A stretch of DNA of 62,598 nt, filler included, from Deltaproteobacteria bacterium (GCA_013151235.1; 4 parts of 4 records of this genome joined end to end with filler, not necessarily neighbours in it), one strand, 5' to 3'; shown: positions 29,892 through 37,993, counted from the first letter of the whole stretch. Notes: generated by a model not told the origin, from the letters alone. Made by a program: numbers and translations.

Positions 29892-29919
29892 ATAGTAACA
29901 GATTTGCAAAAAATGTCAA
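29892..29919 (-). promoter_or_regulatory. Sigma-70-like promoter of the minor-pilin cluster
   Basis: TTGACA-N16-TACTAT on the minus strand. Confidence 0.6.
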
Positions 29920-30288
29920 CATATTGTATACGAGAAAGTTGACATTTTTTTCACTCTGTTAATACAAAAAATATGGCTGAACTATACCAGAAGATGGGGG
30001 AAAAGGCAAGGTAAAATTTACAAAAGTATTACGTACTACCACAATCTAAAGATATAAAAATGCTTAGAATAACCAAATCCATCCGTTTTCAGGGAAAATC
30101 GCGCAGCCTCCTGCATTNNNGCATTCGGGTGAAGGTAGAGTAGGCGCCCACACAGAGAAACGTCATTCCTTGCAGACTGTGACAGGTGGCGACCCCCGGT
30201 GAACCAAGCCGTCGGGTCATTCCGGTTTTATCCTTCGGATTGTCTTCCCCTTACCGGGACCGGGTTTGCCTGCCACACCGGGCAAACC

Positions 30289-30320
30289 AAAAAGGACAGG
30301 CACCCCTTTGATGCCTGCCC
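30289..30320 (-). terminator. Rho-independent terminator after the cupin gene
   Basis: Minus strand GGGCAGGCATC-AAAGG-GGTGCCTGTCC-TTTTT. Confidence 0.75.
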
Positions 30321-30369
30321 TTATACTCTTACCGTTTCGTATAAAAGGTTGCCCGGAACGCACCCCATA

Positions 30370-30684
30370 TCAATGCCCGGGGTTCGGCGCCACAACGGCA
30401 AGGACCGTCAGGCGGGTGACCGCTCGAACCCCATGGGGTTCATCGGGATTACAGAGCAGAAGATTGCCGGCAATCCCCTTTCTTTTTTTATTTCCCAGGG
30501 TAAACTCCCCCTCCCCATCCAGTACCTGCATCATCACTCTTGCCGGCGCTCCATGGGGAGGGATCTCCTGTCCTGCTTCCATACATAACAATGCCATTTT
30601 CATTTCAGGCGTATCCTGGAGAAACTGCTTTACCGGACCTTCCGGTGAAAACTTCTTCAGGGCATTCAGATCGATCGTCTCCAT
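30370..30684 (-). CDS. Cupin-domain protein
   Basis: GQEIPPH..VLDGEG..PHGV cupin motifs. Confidence 0.82.
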   Translation of the reverse strand: METIDLNALKKFSPEGPVKQFLQDTPEMKMALLCMEAGQEIPPHGAPARVMMQVLDGEGEFTLGNKKRKGIAGNLLLCNPDEPHGVRAVTRLTVLAVVAPNPGH

Positions 30685-30694
30685 CTCGCCTCCC

Positions 30695-30910
30695 TTATGA
30701 ACTCACGGCATTTTTCATTACGGCATTAATCTCATCTACAATCACCTGCGGATCAAGATTATGCATGGTCGAACCGAAGGCGATGCTTTCCATGTTCACG
30801 CCGGGGCAGGTGAAACAGCCGTTTCCGAAGTGTTTCTCGATAATCGCCTTGGCTTCGGGGGAATGTTTGATCACATCACCGATCAAGGTCTCTTTTGTTA
30901 CTTCACTCAT
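30695..30910 (-). CDS. DUF1858-family small protein
   Basis: TKETLIGDVI..GCFTCP..ESIAFG..MH pattern; AAGGAGG RBS. Confidence 0.78.
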   Translation of the reverse strand: MSEVTKETLIGDVIKHSPEAKAIIEKHFGNGCFTCPGVNMESIAFGSTMHNLDPQVIVDEINAVMKNAVSS

Positions 30911-31006
30911 GAGGATTCCTCCTTTCTCTCTTCCAGTCACGGGAAGGGTTTCCTTTCGCTGTCTTTCATTCTACATCTTATATATACCAGAGGCAACCGG
31001 CCGACA

Positions 31007-31024
31007 CCGTGACGCACATCACAA
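31007..31024. promoter_or_regulatory. HcpR/CRP-FNR-family binding site
   Basis: CCGTGA-N6-TCACAA, centred about 41.5 nt upstream of the start predicted from extended -10 TGgTATATA (30989-30981, minus). Confidence 0.7.
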
Positions 31025-31086
31025 GTGGTGAAAGTTTTTCGCCTTGACTTTTGCTTTGCCCCTCTGTGCCTTTGCCCCTTGCTCTT

Positions 31087-33162
31087 TCACCTTCCCGTCA
31101 GCCCAGTCAGCTTCCGGTACATCCCGACCAGTTTCCGGGGGAGTGATTCGATCTCATCCAGGATCAGGAAGTTCCCCCGTTCGAAGATCTCCGGAAGATA
31201 TGCACGGGCTTCGGTATCGACGGTGATGCAGAAGGAGAGAATACCGGACGCCCGGGCGGAGAGAAGGGCCTTCTTGATATCCTCGATCCCGTATCGCCCT
31301 TCATAGGTATCGAAATCGTTCGGCTTGCCGTCACTCAGGATAATAAGCAGTTTCGTTCGGGCCCGGACATGCTGGAAGAGATGGGTGATGTGACGAATCG
31401 CCGGGCCCATGCGGGTATAGTCGAGGGGGCGCATCCCGCCGATCCGACCCCGAATCTCGGAGCCGTACCCCTCGTCGATCCCCTTGAGGGTATAGAGGCT
31501 GCAGGCCTTCCGGGTCTTGCTCGAAAAACCGAAGATGCCGTAACGGTCGCCGATCGCCTCCATGGCCTCTCCCAGAAGAAGCAAGGCCTCACGCTGCTGG
31601 TCCATCACCCGGAGGTTTTTCACATAGGCATCGGTGGAGGCAGAGAGGTCGGCAAGAAAGATCGTGGCGATCTCCTTTCTGCGACGCCGTTTTTCAATGT
31701 AGATCTTCTCCGACGGCATGACGCCGGCCTGCATGTCGGTCCATGCCTCAATGAATGCATCGTTGTCCACATCCTCGCCGTTGATCCGCTTTCTGAGCTT
31801 ACGGTACTCCGGTCGAAGGGCCTGAAATTCACGGCGGACCCGGGTGAAGAGATGTTTATTTTTCTCCATCAAACGATCGGACCATGCGATATCCTCACGG
31901 TCGTAGACTCTTTCGATCAGCGTGCACCAATCCTTGCGAAGGGCGCCGATCCGGTAGTCCCATTCGTCATACAGAAGACCGGGAACCGCTTCCCCGGAGT
32001 CGTTTTCAAGTTCCCCCGGCTCGATCTCGAAATCCTCTTCCACATGGAGAAGGGTTTTCGCCTTCCGTGCCGTCCGGATCATCCCCGTGGATTCAAGTTC
32101 GTCCAGGGCCTTGGAAAGTTCGCCCACATCTTCGTCGGTATCCAGCGGCCGGCTGATCCGGAAATACTTTGCGATCATGCTGATCTTTTCAAACCGGTTC
32201 AGCAGAATCCCCCGCCGCGCCTCCTCCTCGTCGAATTCCGTTGCCTCCGGCGTCACCTTCCGATCCGTCGAAAGTACGGTTTTCTTCTGCGTCGTCTCCT
32301 CTTGATCCCGGTCCCCGGCCTGCCCCTGCGCCGCCACACGAACCGCTCCTTTGAGCGTCCGAAGAATGGAGGGAAGATTCATCCAACCCCGGTATGGCAC
32401 GGCGTCAATCTTCCGATACGGGCCGTCCACACCGTTCAGTCCACCCAGCATCCGCAGGGCCAGACGCGCGGAGTCGGACGGGCTGCTCCCGTTCCCGACG
32501 AGATGAATCATCTCTTCTCTGAAGGGATCGGCCCATTTCCGAACGGACGGGACGAACCCGGACAGGTCCGCGACGGGATGAAGACTCAGCCGGAGGAGGG
32601 CCTCGACCCTCTGTTCTGCCACAGTCAGTCCTTCCGGCTCCGGCCTTTCCCTCAAACACTGTTCCTTCAGCCTGTTCAAAAGCGTTGCCAGGCCTTCCAT
32701 CTCCTCGGACAAATGCCGTTCCATCCGGGCGTCCTCGATGATGGAAAAAAGATCCAGGACCCGGTCCGGGTTCTCCATGCGATCAAAAAGTCCCAGGACC
32801 TCAAGACTCCCGAAACGGATCTGCCCATACTTGTGGGCAATAATCGCCTTGTAAAGGGCGAAATTTTCCTCCCGATCGTCAAAGGTATCGATTCGCTCCG
32901 GTAGATAGATCCGTTTCAGGTCGGTGTAGGAGTCGGCCGGGGTCGCCGGGACCTGCCGGTTCGCTCGACGGATCAATCCGAAGACATAGCCCTTCCCTTC
33001 TTTCCAGATCCGGTTTTTCCGGATCCCCAACGGCTCTTCCATCAGGCCCGACAGATAGATGTCGAGGACCTCCTGTATATCGGAAAGATGCACGGCGGAG
33101 GAGGAAGTTTCCTCTTGGACGCCGCCTCTTCCGGGCCTATTTCCGATCATAGAAAAGAACAT
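31087..33162 (-). CDS. norD: NorD/CbbO-family VWA-domain activase partner
   Basis: YDEWDY, LADLSASTDA (MIDAS), YTRMGPAIRH, SDGKPND..YEGRYGIED; the motifs look closer to NorD than to CbbO. Confidence 0.72.
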   Translation of the reverse strand: MFFSMIGNRPGRGGVQEETSSSAVHLSDIQEVLDIYLSGLMEEPLGIRKNRIWKEGKGYVFGLIRRANRQVPATPADSYTDLKRIYLPERIDTFDDREENFALYKAIIAHKYGQIRFGSLEVLGLFDRMENPDRVLDLFSIIEDARMERHLSEEMEGLATLLNRLKEQCLRERPEPEGLTVAEQRVEALLRLSLHPVADLSGFVPSVRKWADPFREEMIHLVGNGSSPSDSARLALRMLGGLNGVDGPYRKIDAVPYRGWMNLPSILRTLKGAVRVAAQGQAGDRDQEETTQKKTVLSTDRKVTPEATEFDEEEARRGILLNRFEKISMIAKYFRISRPLDTDEDVGELSKALDELESTGMIRTARKAKTLLHVEEDFEIEPGELENDSGEAVPGLLYDEWDYRIGALRKDWCTLIERVYDREDIAWSDRLMEKNKHLFTRVRREFQALRPEYRKLRKRINGEDVDNDAFIEAWTDMQAGVMPSEKIYIEKRRRRKEIATIFLADLSASTDAYVKNLRVMDQQREALLLLGEAMEAIGDRYGIFGFSSKTRKACSLYTLKGIDEGYGSEIRGRIGGMRPLDYTRMGPAIRHITHLFQHVRARTKLLIILSDGKPNDFDTYEGRYGIEDIKKALLSARASGILSFCITVDTEARAYLPEIFERGNFLILDEIESLPRKLVGMYRKLTGLTGR

Positions 33163-33188
33163 ATGCCTCTGTGCCTTTGCCCCTGGTC

Positions 33189-33416
33189 TTAAAACACCGA
33201 CGTAATCAGCTCGTAGATGCCCCGCTTCACCTCCGGCTCATCGGTGATCGGTTGCAGCATGGCGATCTCGCAGGCCCGGCGGGGTAAAATCCCATCCTCG
33301 ATCAACTGCGCCGCATAGACAAGAAGGCGGGTGCTGACCGTCTCGTCCAAACCCTTGTCCTTGAGATTCCGGATCTTGCCGCCCAGAAGAACCAGGGCAC
33401 GGGCCGTTTTCTCATC
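33189..33416 (-). CDS. norQ: NorQ/NirQ/CbbQ MoxR-family ATPase, C-terminal part
   Basis: Manual translation DEKTARALVLLGGKIRNLKDKGLDETVSTRLLVYAAQLI..PITDE..TSVF*; absent from the ORF track. Confidence 0.75.
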   Translation of the reverse strand, partial: DEKTARALVLLGGKIRNLKDKGLDETVSTRLLVYAAQLIEDGILPRRACEIAMLQPITDEPEVKRGIYELITSVF

Positions 33417-33516
33417 NNNNNNNNNNNNNNNNNNNNNNNNNNNNNNNNNNNNNNNNNNNNTTAATTAATTAANNNNNNNNNNNNNNNNNNNNNNNNNNNN
33501 NNNNNNNNNNNNNNNN
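33417..33516. other. Artificial contig linker
   Basis: N-run + TTAATTAATTAA + N-run. Confidence 0.95.
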
Positions 33517-33572
33517 TCATGATTCTCCTATCAAACCTTCATATTTACTGAGTTCTTCGGGGAGAAAATAGG

Positions 33573-33887
33573 AAAATAGGGACAGCGACCATTTTATATT
33601 CGAGAATTACAAGTGGTCAAGTGCGAAAAGTCATATCAAAAGTGAAACGGATCCTGTTTTGTGGGGAGATTGCAATCTGACAACCAGAATTCAGGATTGG
33701 CGTGGTTAGTTAATGGAAAGAGAGGATGACCGGTTGGTGAGTGCTATCAGAAGAAATTCCCTTACCGGACGTCTTTGCGGTGGGGATGCATTTATTTGAA
33801 AGATTGGAAAGATCGTTGGCCGAGATTTAATGGCACAGAAGAGAGGGCGGCCACGCAAAGGAATATAATGGTCGCTGTCCCTATTTT
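33573..33887. mobile_element. Internally deleted RAYT/Y1-transposase element with 21-bp inverted repeats
   Basis: AAAATAGGGACAGCGACCATT (33573-33593) and its exact reverse complement (33867-33887) flank a transposase remnant. Confidence 0.75.
33602..33868 (+). pseudogene. REP-associated (Y1) tyrosine transposase, C-terminal remnant
   Basis: ENYKWSSAKSH..DWRG*..IRRNSLTGRLCGGDAFI*..KRGRPRK; Y-x-WSS motif, two in-frame stops, no N-terminus. Confidence 0.75.
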
Positions 33888-34020
33888 GCATCCTGACAAA
33901 AAATTGGCAAGCATGAAAGATGAGTCAGATGATGAGGTTGAGTTGATATTGCCTGATAAATTGTCGGAAATGGTAGTTGATTTGGGATTAACGAATTGGC
34001 TTATGAGAAAAATAAAATAA
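33888..34020 (+). pseudogene. 3' remnant of an integron cassette gene
   Basis: AT-rich open frame HPDKK..MRKIK* ending at the first attC and cut at its 5' end by the inverted repeat. Confidence 0.5.
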
Positions 34021-34092
34021 GCGAACAAGGCGCTCCAGCAGACCGCTATTCCGCTGGCGCTCCATAGCGGCAGCTGAGCTTGGTCGTTAGGT
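34020..34092 (+). mobile_element. Integron attC site 1
   Basis: AGCGAAC...GTTAGGT with internal dyad (CTCCAGC/GCTGAG, CCGCTAT/ATAGCGG). Confidence 0.85.
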
Positions 34093-34112
34093 GCATCAGC
34101 AGGTGATTAGGA

Positions 34113-34547
34113 ATGACAGAAAAGAATAAAGAAATTGTCAGACAATTCATTGAAACGGTTATCAATAATCGCGAAGAAAGCCAAGCTGATCAATTTATTT
34201 CTCCTGATTATATTGATCACAATAGTAAATCAGAAAAGCCGATTGGTATTGATGGCTTAATTCAGCATATCCATGCAGTTCGTTCCACCTACCCTGATTT
34301 AAAAATCATTGTTCACGACCAAGTTGCAGAAGATGATATGGTTGTTAGCCGAATCAGTATTACAGGCACACATGAAGGAAATTGGCTGAGAATGAAACCA
34401 ACACATAAACAGGTTGCTATTGATGCAGTAAATATCAATCGCATCAAAAACGGTTTGATTGTTGAGCATTGGGGTGTGGCAAATACACTGGAAGCCCTAT
34501 TGGATATTGGGGCAATAAAGTTGGAAGAAAATGAACAAAACACCTAA
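34113..34547 (+). CDS. SnoaL-like ester cyclase (gene cassette)
   Basis: NKEIVRQF, YPDL, GTHEG..PT.K, IVEHW; bounded by GTTAGGT and complementary ACCTAAC. Confidence 0.85.
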   Translation: MTEKNKEIVRQFIETVINNREESQADQFISPDYIDHNSKSEKPIGIDGLIQHIHAVRSTYPDLKIIVHDQVAEDDMVVSRISITGTHEGNWLRMKPTHKQVAIDAVNINRIKNGLIVEHWGVANTLEALLDIGAIKLEENEQNT

Positions 34548-34604
34548 CAAATTGTTAGAGAGGTACATCGGCTTCGCCGCTGCCCCTCAACAAAAGCGTT
34601 GGGC
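34542..34604 (+). mobile_element. Integron attC site 2
   Basis: ACCTAAC...GTTGGGC, 63 bp, dyad TTGTTAGAG/CTCAACAA. Confidence 0.85.
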
Positions 34605-34628
34605 GTAATATAGGGAATATTCGGCCAG

Positions 34629-35108
34629 ATGATAAAAAAAATACAGCGGCTTAAGAATATCGGGAAATATTATGATTTTGCGAGCAAAGGCCCCGGTCTG
34701 GACTGGCACAAAAACACTTTTCTCTTCGCACCGAACGCATACGGCAAGTCAACGTTAGTCGACGTGTGCAGGTCTCTTCGCGACAACGATCCGAAGCTTA
34801 TCCGCGCACGAAAAACACTTGGCTCCGTTTCTTCGCCTGAAGCCGTTCTGATTGTTGACGGAGCCAATCACGTCTTCAGCGGAAACAAATGGGCCAAGCA
34901 CTGTCCAGACATCCAAATCTTCGACGTTCCCTTTGTGCACGACAACATACTCACTGACGAGATTGAGCATGCGCACAAAAAGAACATGCACAAGATCATC
35001 ATCGGTGCAGCCGGTGTGACATTGGCGGGTGAACTATCCACGCTCAGGAAGAAAATAGGGACAGCGACCATTTTTATTGACAGCTTTGGAAGTATGATAC
35101 ATCCTTAG
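34629..35108 (+). pseudogene. Truncated AAA_13/RloC-like ATPase cassette
   Basis: IKKI..LKNIG.Y.DF, Walker A APNAYGKST, IFD..FV.DN; frame broken at about 35051 by the repeat AAAATAGGGACAGCGACCATT. Confidence 0.7.
35052..35072 (+). repeat. Third copy of the RAYT-associated 21-bp repeat
   Basis: Identical to 33573-33593; followed by TTGACA and TATGAT hexamers. Confidence 0.85.
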
Positions 35109-35178
35109 ACGGCGGGAAGCGCGGCGGCACTGACGCGGCAAGCTTAAGTGGCGCCGCTGCTGATGCAGGTCGTTATGC
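35109..35178 (+). mobile_element. Partial attC site 3 (left core deleted)
   Basis: GCGGCGGCACT/AGTGGCGCCGC dyad ending in GTTATGC, complementary to GCATAAC at 35718. Confidence 0.65.
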
Positions 35179-35250
35179 CCCGAACCAACCGCGTCCTTGG
35201 TCTCAGAGAGATTGGATTATTGCCTTGACAGCAAAAGAGGCAGTGGGTGA

Positions 35251-35397
35251 ACGATAGTATGTTACAAGAAAAATTATAGGGCCATTTTTATTCATGGATT
35301 TGCAAAAAAGGAATTCTCGAAAATTTTGGTTGGCTTGTCGAGAGAAAAAATAGAAATAGCCTTAGATGCTGGAGATTTTATTGAGGTGAAGCCATGA
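35251..35397 (+). pseudogene. RelE/HigB-like toxin remnant
   Basis: TIVCYKKNYRAIFIHGFAKK..IEIALDAGDFIEV*; N-terminus missing; ATGA overlap with the antitoxin. Confidence 0.6.
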
Positions 35398-35700
35398 GAA
35401 AATCTATTGCAAAATCAATCACAAACACTGTTAAGGATCTAAATAAAAGTGGTTTGGTTGATGACATAACAATGAGAAACATTGAAAAACTCTGTCTCCC
35501 TGATGGTTAAGAAATACACACCTGAAAAAATCGTTTCAATCAGAAAGAGATTCAGGCTCAGCCAGGCAGCATTAGCTAGCATTTTTAACGTCAGCCCTTC
35601 AACAGTTCAAAAATGGGAGCAGGGCAATAAAAAGCCTACAGGCGCATCTCAGAAGTTGTTAGATATTATTGAGAGAAAGGGCATCGAAGCTCTTGTGTAA
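35394..35700 (+). pseudogene. XRE-HTH (HigA-like) antitoxin with a +1 frameshift
   Basis: MRKSIAKS..LCLPD, frameshift at GATGGTTAAG, then VKKYTPEKI..LSQAALA..QKWEQG; span 307 nt (3n+1). Confidence 0.7.
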
Positions 35701-35717
35701 TAAAAAAACAAAAAATG

Positions 35718-35841
35718 GCATAACAAGGCGCTTCACTTGACCCGCAAATCATCGGCGAATTTTGTTGTATATTCAGGTTGCTAACCGTAAATAAAGTTAA
35801 TCGGTAAATTCACGGCGGACAAGTGACCCTTGTCGTTCGCT
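35718..35841 (+). mobile_element. Integron attC site 4 (long type)
   Basis: GCATAAC...GTTCGCT, 124 bp, dyad TCACTTGACCCGC/GCGGACAAGTGA. Confidence 0.8.
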
Positions 35842-35872
35842 GTCCAAAAAAAAAATTTATCAACATCTCAAT

Positions 35873-35918
35873 TTGACAACCTAAGCACTAAAGTTTATAC
35901 TTCTAAATATAAACTTTA
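35873..35918 (+). promoter_or_regulatory. TA cassette promoter and autoregulatory operator
   Basis: TTGACA-N17-TATACT overlapped by the 11-bp inverted repeat TAAAGTTTATA/TATAAACTTTA. Confidence 0.75.
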
Positions 35919-35936
35919 ACAAATTGGGAGTCAGTC

Positions 35937-36170
35937 ATGAAAGCAACAGCCAAAGATTTAAGATTTCACTCCAAAGAATTAATAGAGACTGTAAAAAGAG
36001 GAGAGGAAGTTGTAATTACTTTTCGAGGGAAACCTTGTGCCAAGCTGGTCCCTTTTGAGGAAAAGAAAAATGAGATTTCACGGCATAAATTGTTTGGGAT
36101 GTGGAAAGACCATGACCAGTCTCAAAACGTCGATGAGTATGTCAGGAATTTAAGAAAAGGAAGATTCTAA
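35937..36170 (+). CDS. Phd/YefM-family antitoxin
   Basis: TAKDLR..VKRGEEVVITFRGKPCAKLVP. Confidence 0.85.
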   Translation: MKATAKDLRFHSKELIETVKRGEEVVITFRGKPCAKLVPFEEKKNEISRHKLFGMWKDHDQSQNVDEYVRNLRKGRF

Positions 36171-36550
36171 TGCTAATAATCGACACTGACGTACTCATTT
36201 GGTATTTACGGGGAAATGACAAAGCATATAAAACGATCGAGAATATAGAAAATTTCTCAATTTCTGTAATCACCTACATGGAACTTGTTCAGGGAATGAG
36301 AAACAAAAAAGAACTGAACGGTCTGCGGCAGGCACTTCATGTATGGAACACCAGGATTTTATACATTTCAGAAGAAATATCGGCCAAAGCTATGTTTGCA
36401 GTTGAACAACATTTCTTGAGTCACTCAATGCAACTGGCCGATGCTCTTATTGGTGCTACAGCAATAAGTTATGGACTTCCCTTGCTCACAGGAAATGACA
36501 AGCATTATAAAATTATGAAAGAGATTCAGCTTAAAAGATTTAGGCCATAA
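36170..36550 (+). CDS. vapC: VapC PIN-domain toxin
   Basis: IIDTDVLIWYLRG, SVITYMEL, LADALIGATA, LLTGNDKHY. Confidence 0.88.
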   Translation: MLIIDTDVLIWYLRGNDKAYKTIENIENFSISVITYMELVQGMRNKKELNGLRQALHVWNTRILYISEEISAKAMFAVEQHFLSHSMQLADALIGATAISYGLPLLTGNDKHYKIMKEIQLKRFRP

Positions 36551-36573
36551 TTATCTGGGAATAGAGAGAAAGC

Positions 36574-36698
36574 AGCGGACAATGCAATCAACCTGACCCG
36601 CAAAATGTCTGCGGATTTTGGGGTAAATTCAGGCTGGTAGCAGTTCAATAAAGTTAATCGGTAACTGGTCGGCGGGCAGGTTATCGGCGACGTTCGCT
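36574..36698 (+). mobile_element. Integron attC site 5 (long type, mutated left core)
   Basis: AGCGGAC (AAC to GAC)...GTTCGCT, 125 bp; shares TGACCCGCAAA and AATAAAGTTAATCGGTAA with attC 4. Confidence 0.78.
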
Positions 36699-36859
36699 TT
36701 CATGCCTGACATTGTAACGAACTTACAATTTGGATTGTGAAAGTAGGCCATCGAAAAGATATATATAGATTGATGAAGCGAACCATCGCCCGGAGCGGAC
36801 CGGCAATAGCGCAGTCCGCCCAGGCAAATCGCTCCTCTTGCAAAACCCGGTGGAGACAA

Positions 36860-37993
36860 ATGTTCGGGCTCTATCTTCACATCCCTTTCTGCCTGAAGAA
36901 ATGCGCCTATTGCGACTTCAATTCACGGGCTCCGCGGCCGGGGGAAGTGGACAGCTATCTTTCGGCCCTGCAAAAAGAGATCGCGACGGTTCCGGCATTG
37001 GCCGGGCGTTCCCTTTCCAGTCTCTACATCGGTGGAGGGACACCGACGATCCTGACGGTGGAGCAGTTCCGCCGTCTCTTTGCCGCCCTCCACTCGGTCT
37101 TCCACTGGAACGACGGGATGGAGATCACCGTGGAGGCCAATCCGGGGACGGTGGATCTCTCCTTCCTGCGACAACTCAGATCTCTCGGCGTGAACCGGCT
37201 TTCACTTGGTATCCAGTCCTTCAGGGATTCCCTGCTCCGCCGGATGGGGCGGATCCATTCCGGGGCTGACGGGCGGGCGGCGATCGAGGCGGCTCGTAAG
37301 GCGGGGTTTGAGAATTTAGGCGCCGACCTGATCTACGCACTTCCGGGACAGGCCCCGGCGGACTGGGAAGAGGATCTGGCGGAACTGCTCGGATACCGTC
37401 CGGAACATCTCTCACTCTACGCCCTGTCCGTCGAGCCGGGAACTCCTTTTGCCCGTGCGGAAAAAGAGGGAAAGCTGCTCCTTCCTGCGGAGGAGGAAGA
37501 GGTCGAGATGTTCCGGCGGGCCGTTGAGATCACGGGGGAAAGGGGATACGAGCATTACGAGATATCCAATTTCGCACTCCCCGGTTGCTTTTCCCGTCAC
37601 AACAGCCGGTACTGGACGATGGAGGAGTACTACGGCGCCGGCGCCGGCGCCCATTCCTTCCTTTGGCGGGAAGACCCGGTCCGTTTCCATAACGAACCCG
37701 ATCCTGCAGCCTATGTAGGCAGGATCGGGCGGGGAGAGTCACCGGTGGCGGGCCGGGAAGTCCTGGAAAAAAAGACGTTGCTTTCGGAGGCGATGATGCT
37801 CGGACTCCGGCGGACCGCGGGCGTTGATATGGAGAAGTTCCACGGGAAGTATGGTGTTGAACCTGCGGAATATTTTGCGGAGGACCTTGTGCGCGCCTTC
37901 CGGGAAGAGTGGATCGAAGAGATTGGGGGGGTACTACGGCTTACGCCGAAGGGGGCGCTCTTTTCCAACGAGGTTTTTGTTTGCCTGTTTTAA
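36860..37993 (+). CDS. hemW: Radical SAM heme chaperone HemW (HemN-like)
   Basis: LYLHIPFC...CAYCDF, GGGTPT, YEISNF, HNSRYW; start at the ATG after GGAG. Confidence 0.88.
   Translation: MFGLYLHIPFCLKKCAYCDFNSRAPRPGEVDSYLSALQKEIATVPALAGRSLSSLYIGGGTPTILTVEQFRRLFAALHSVFHWNDGMEITVEANPGTVDLSFLRQLRSLGVNRLSLGIQSFRDSLLRRMGRIHSGADGRAAIEAARKAGFENLGADLIYALPGQAPADWEEDLAELLGYRPEHLSLYALSVEPGTPFARAEKEGKLLLPAEEEEVEMFRRAVEITGERGYEHYEISNFALPGCFSRHNSRYWTMEEYYGAGAGAHSFLWREDPVRFHNEPDPAAYVGRIGRGESPVAGREVLEKKTLLSEAMMLGLRRTAGVDMEKFHGKYGVEPAEYFAEDLVRAFREEWIEEIGGVLRLTPKGALFSNEVFVCLF

Noticed and set aside
30170-30290. c-di-GMP-I (GEMM) riboswitch near the pilin genes
   Set aside because: GGCAAACC is present, but the GNRA-capped stem and GACGCAAAGC core are not in the right arrangement. 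An Rfam search would settle it.
31087-33416. Rubisco activase CbbQO implying carbon fixation
   Set aside because: Motifs look more NorD-like and no cbb gene is visible; not fully excluded because the upstream context is in a gap.
33775-34020. 81-aa ORF as a real gene
   Set aside because: It is a chimera of an off-frame transposase remnant, the inverted repeat and a truncated cassette gene.
35482-35700. 72-aa HTH ORF as an intact antitoxin
   Set aside because: The true start at 35394 is in another frame; this is the part after the frameshift.
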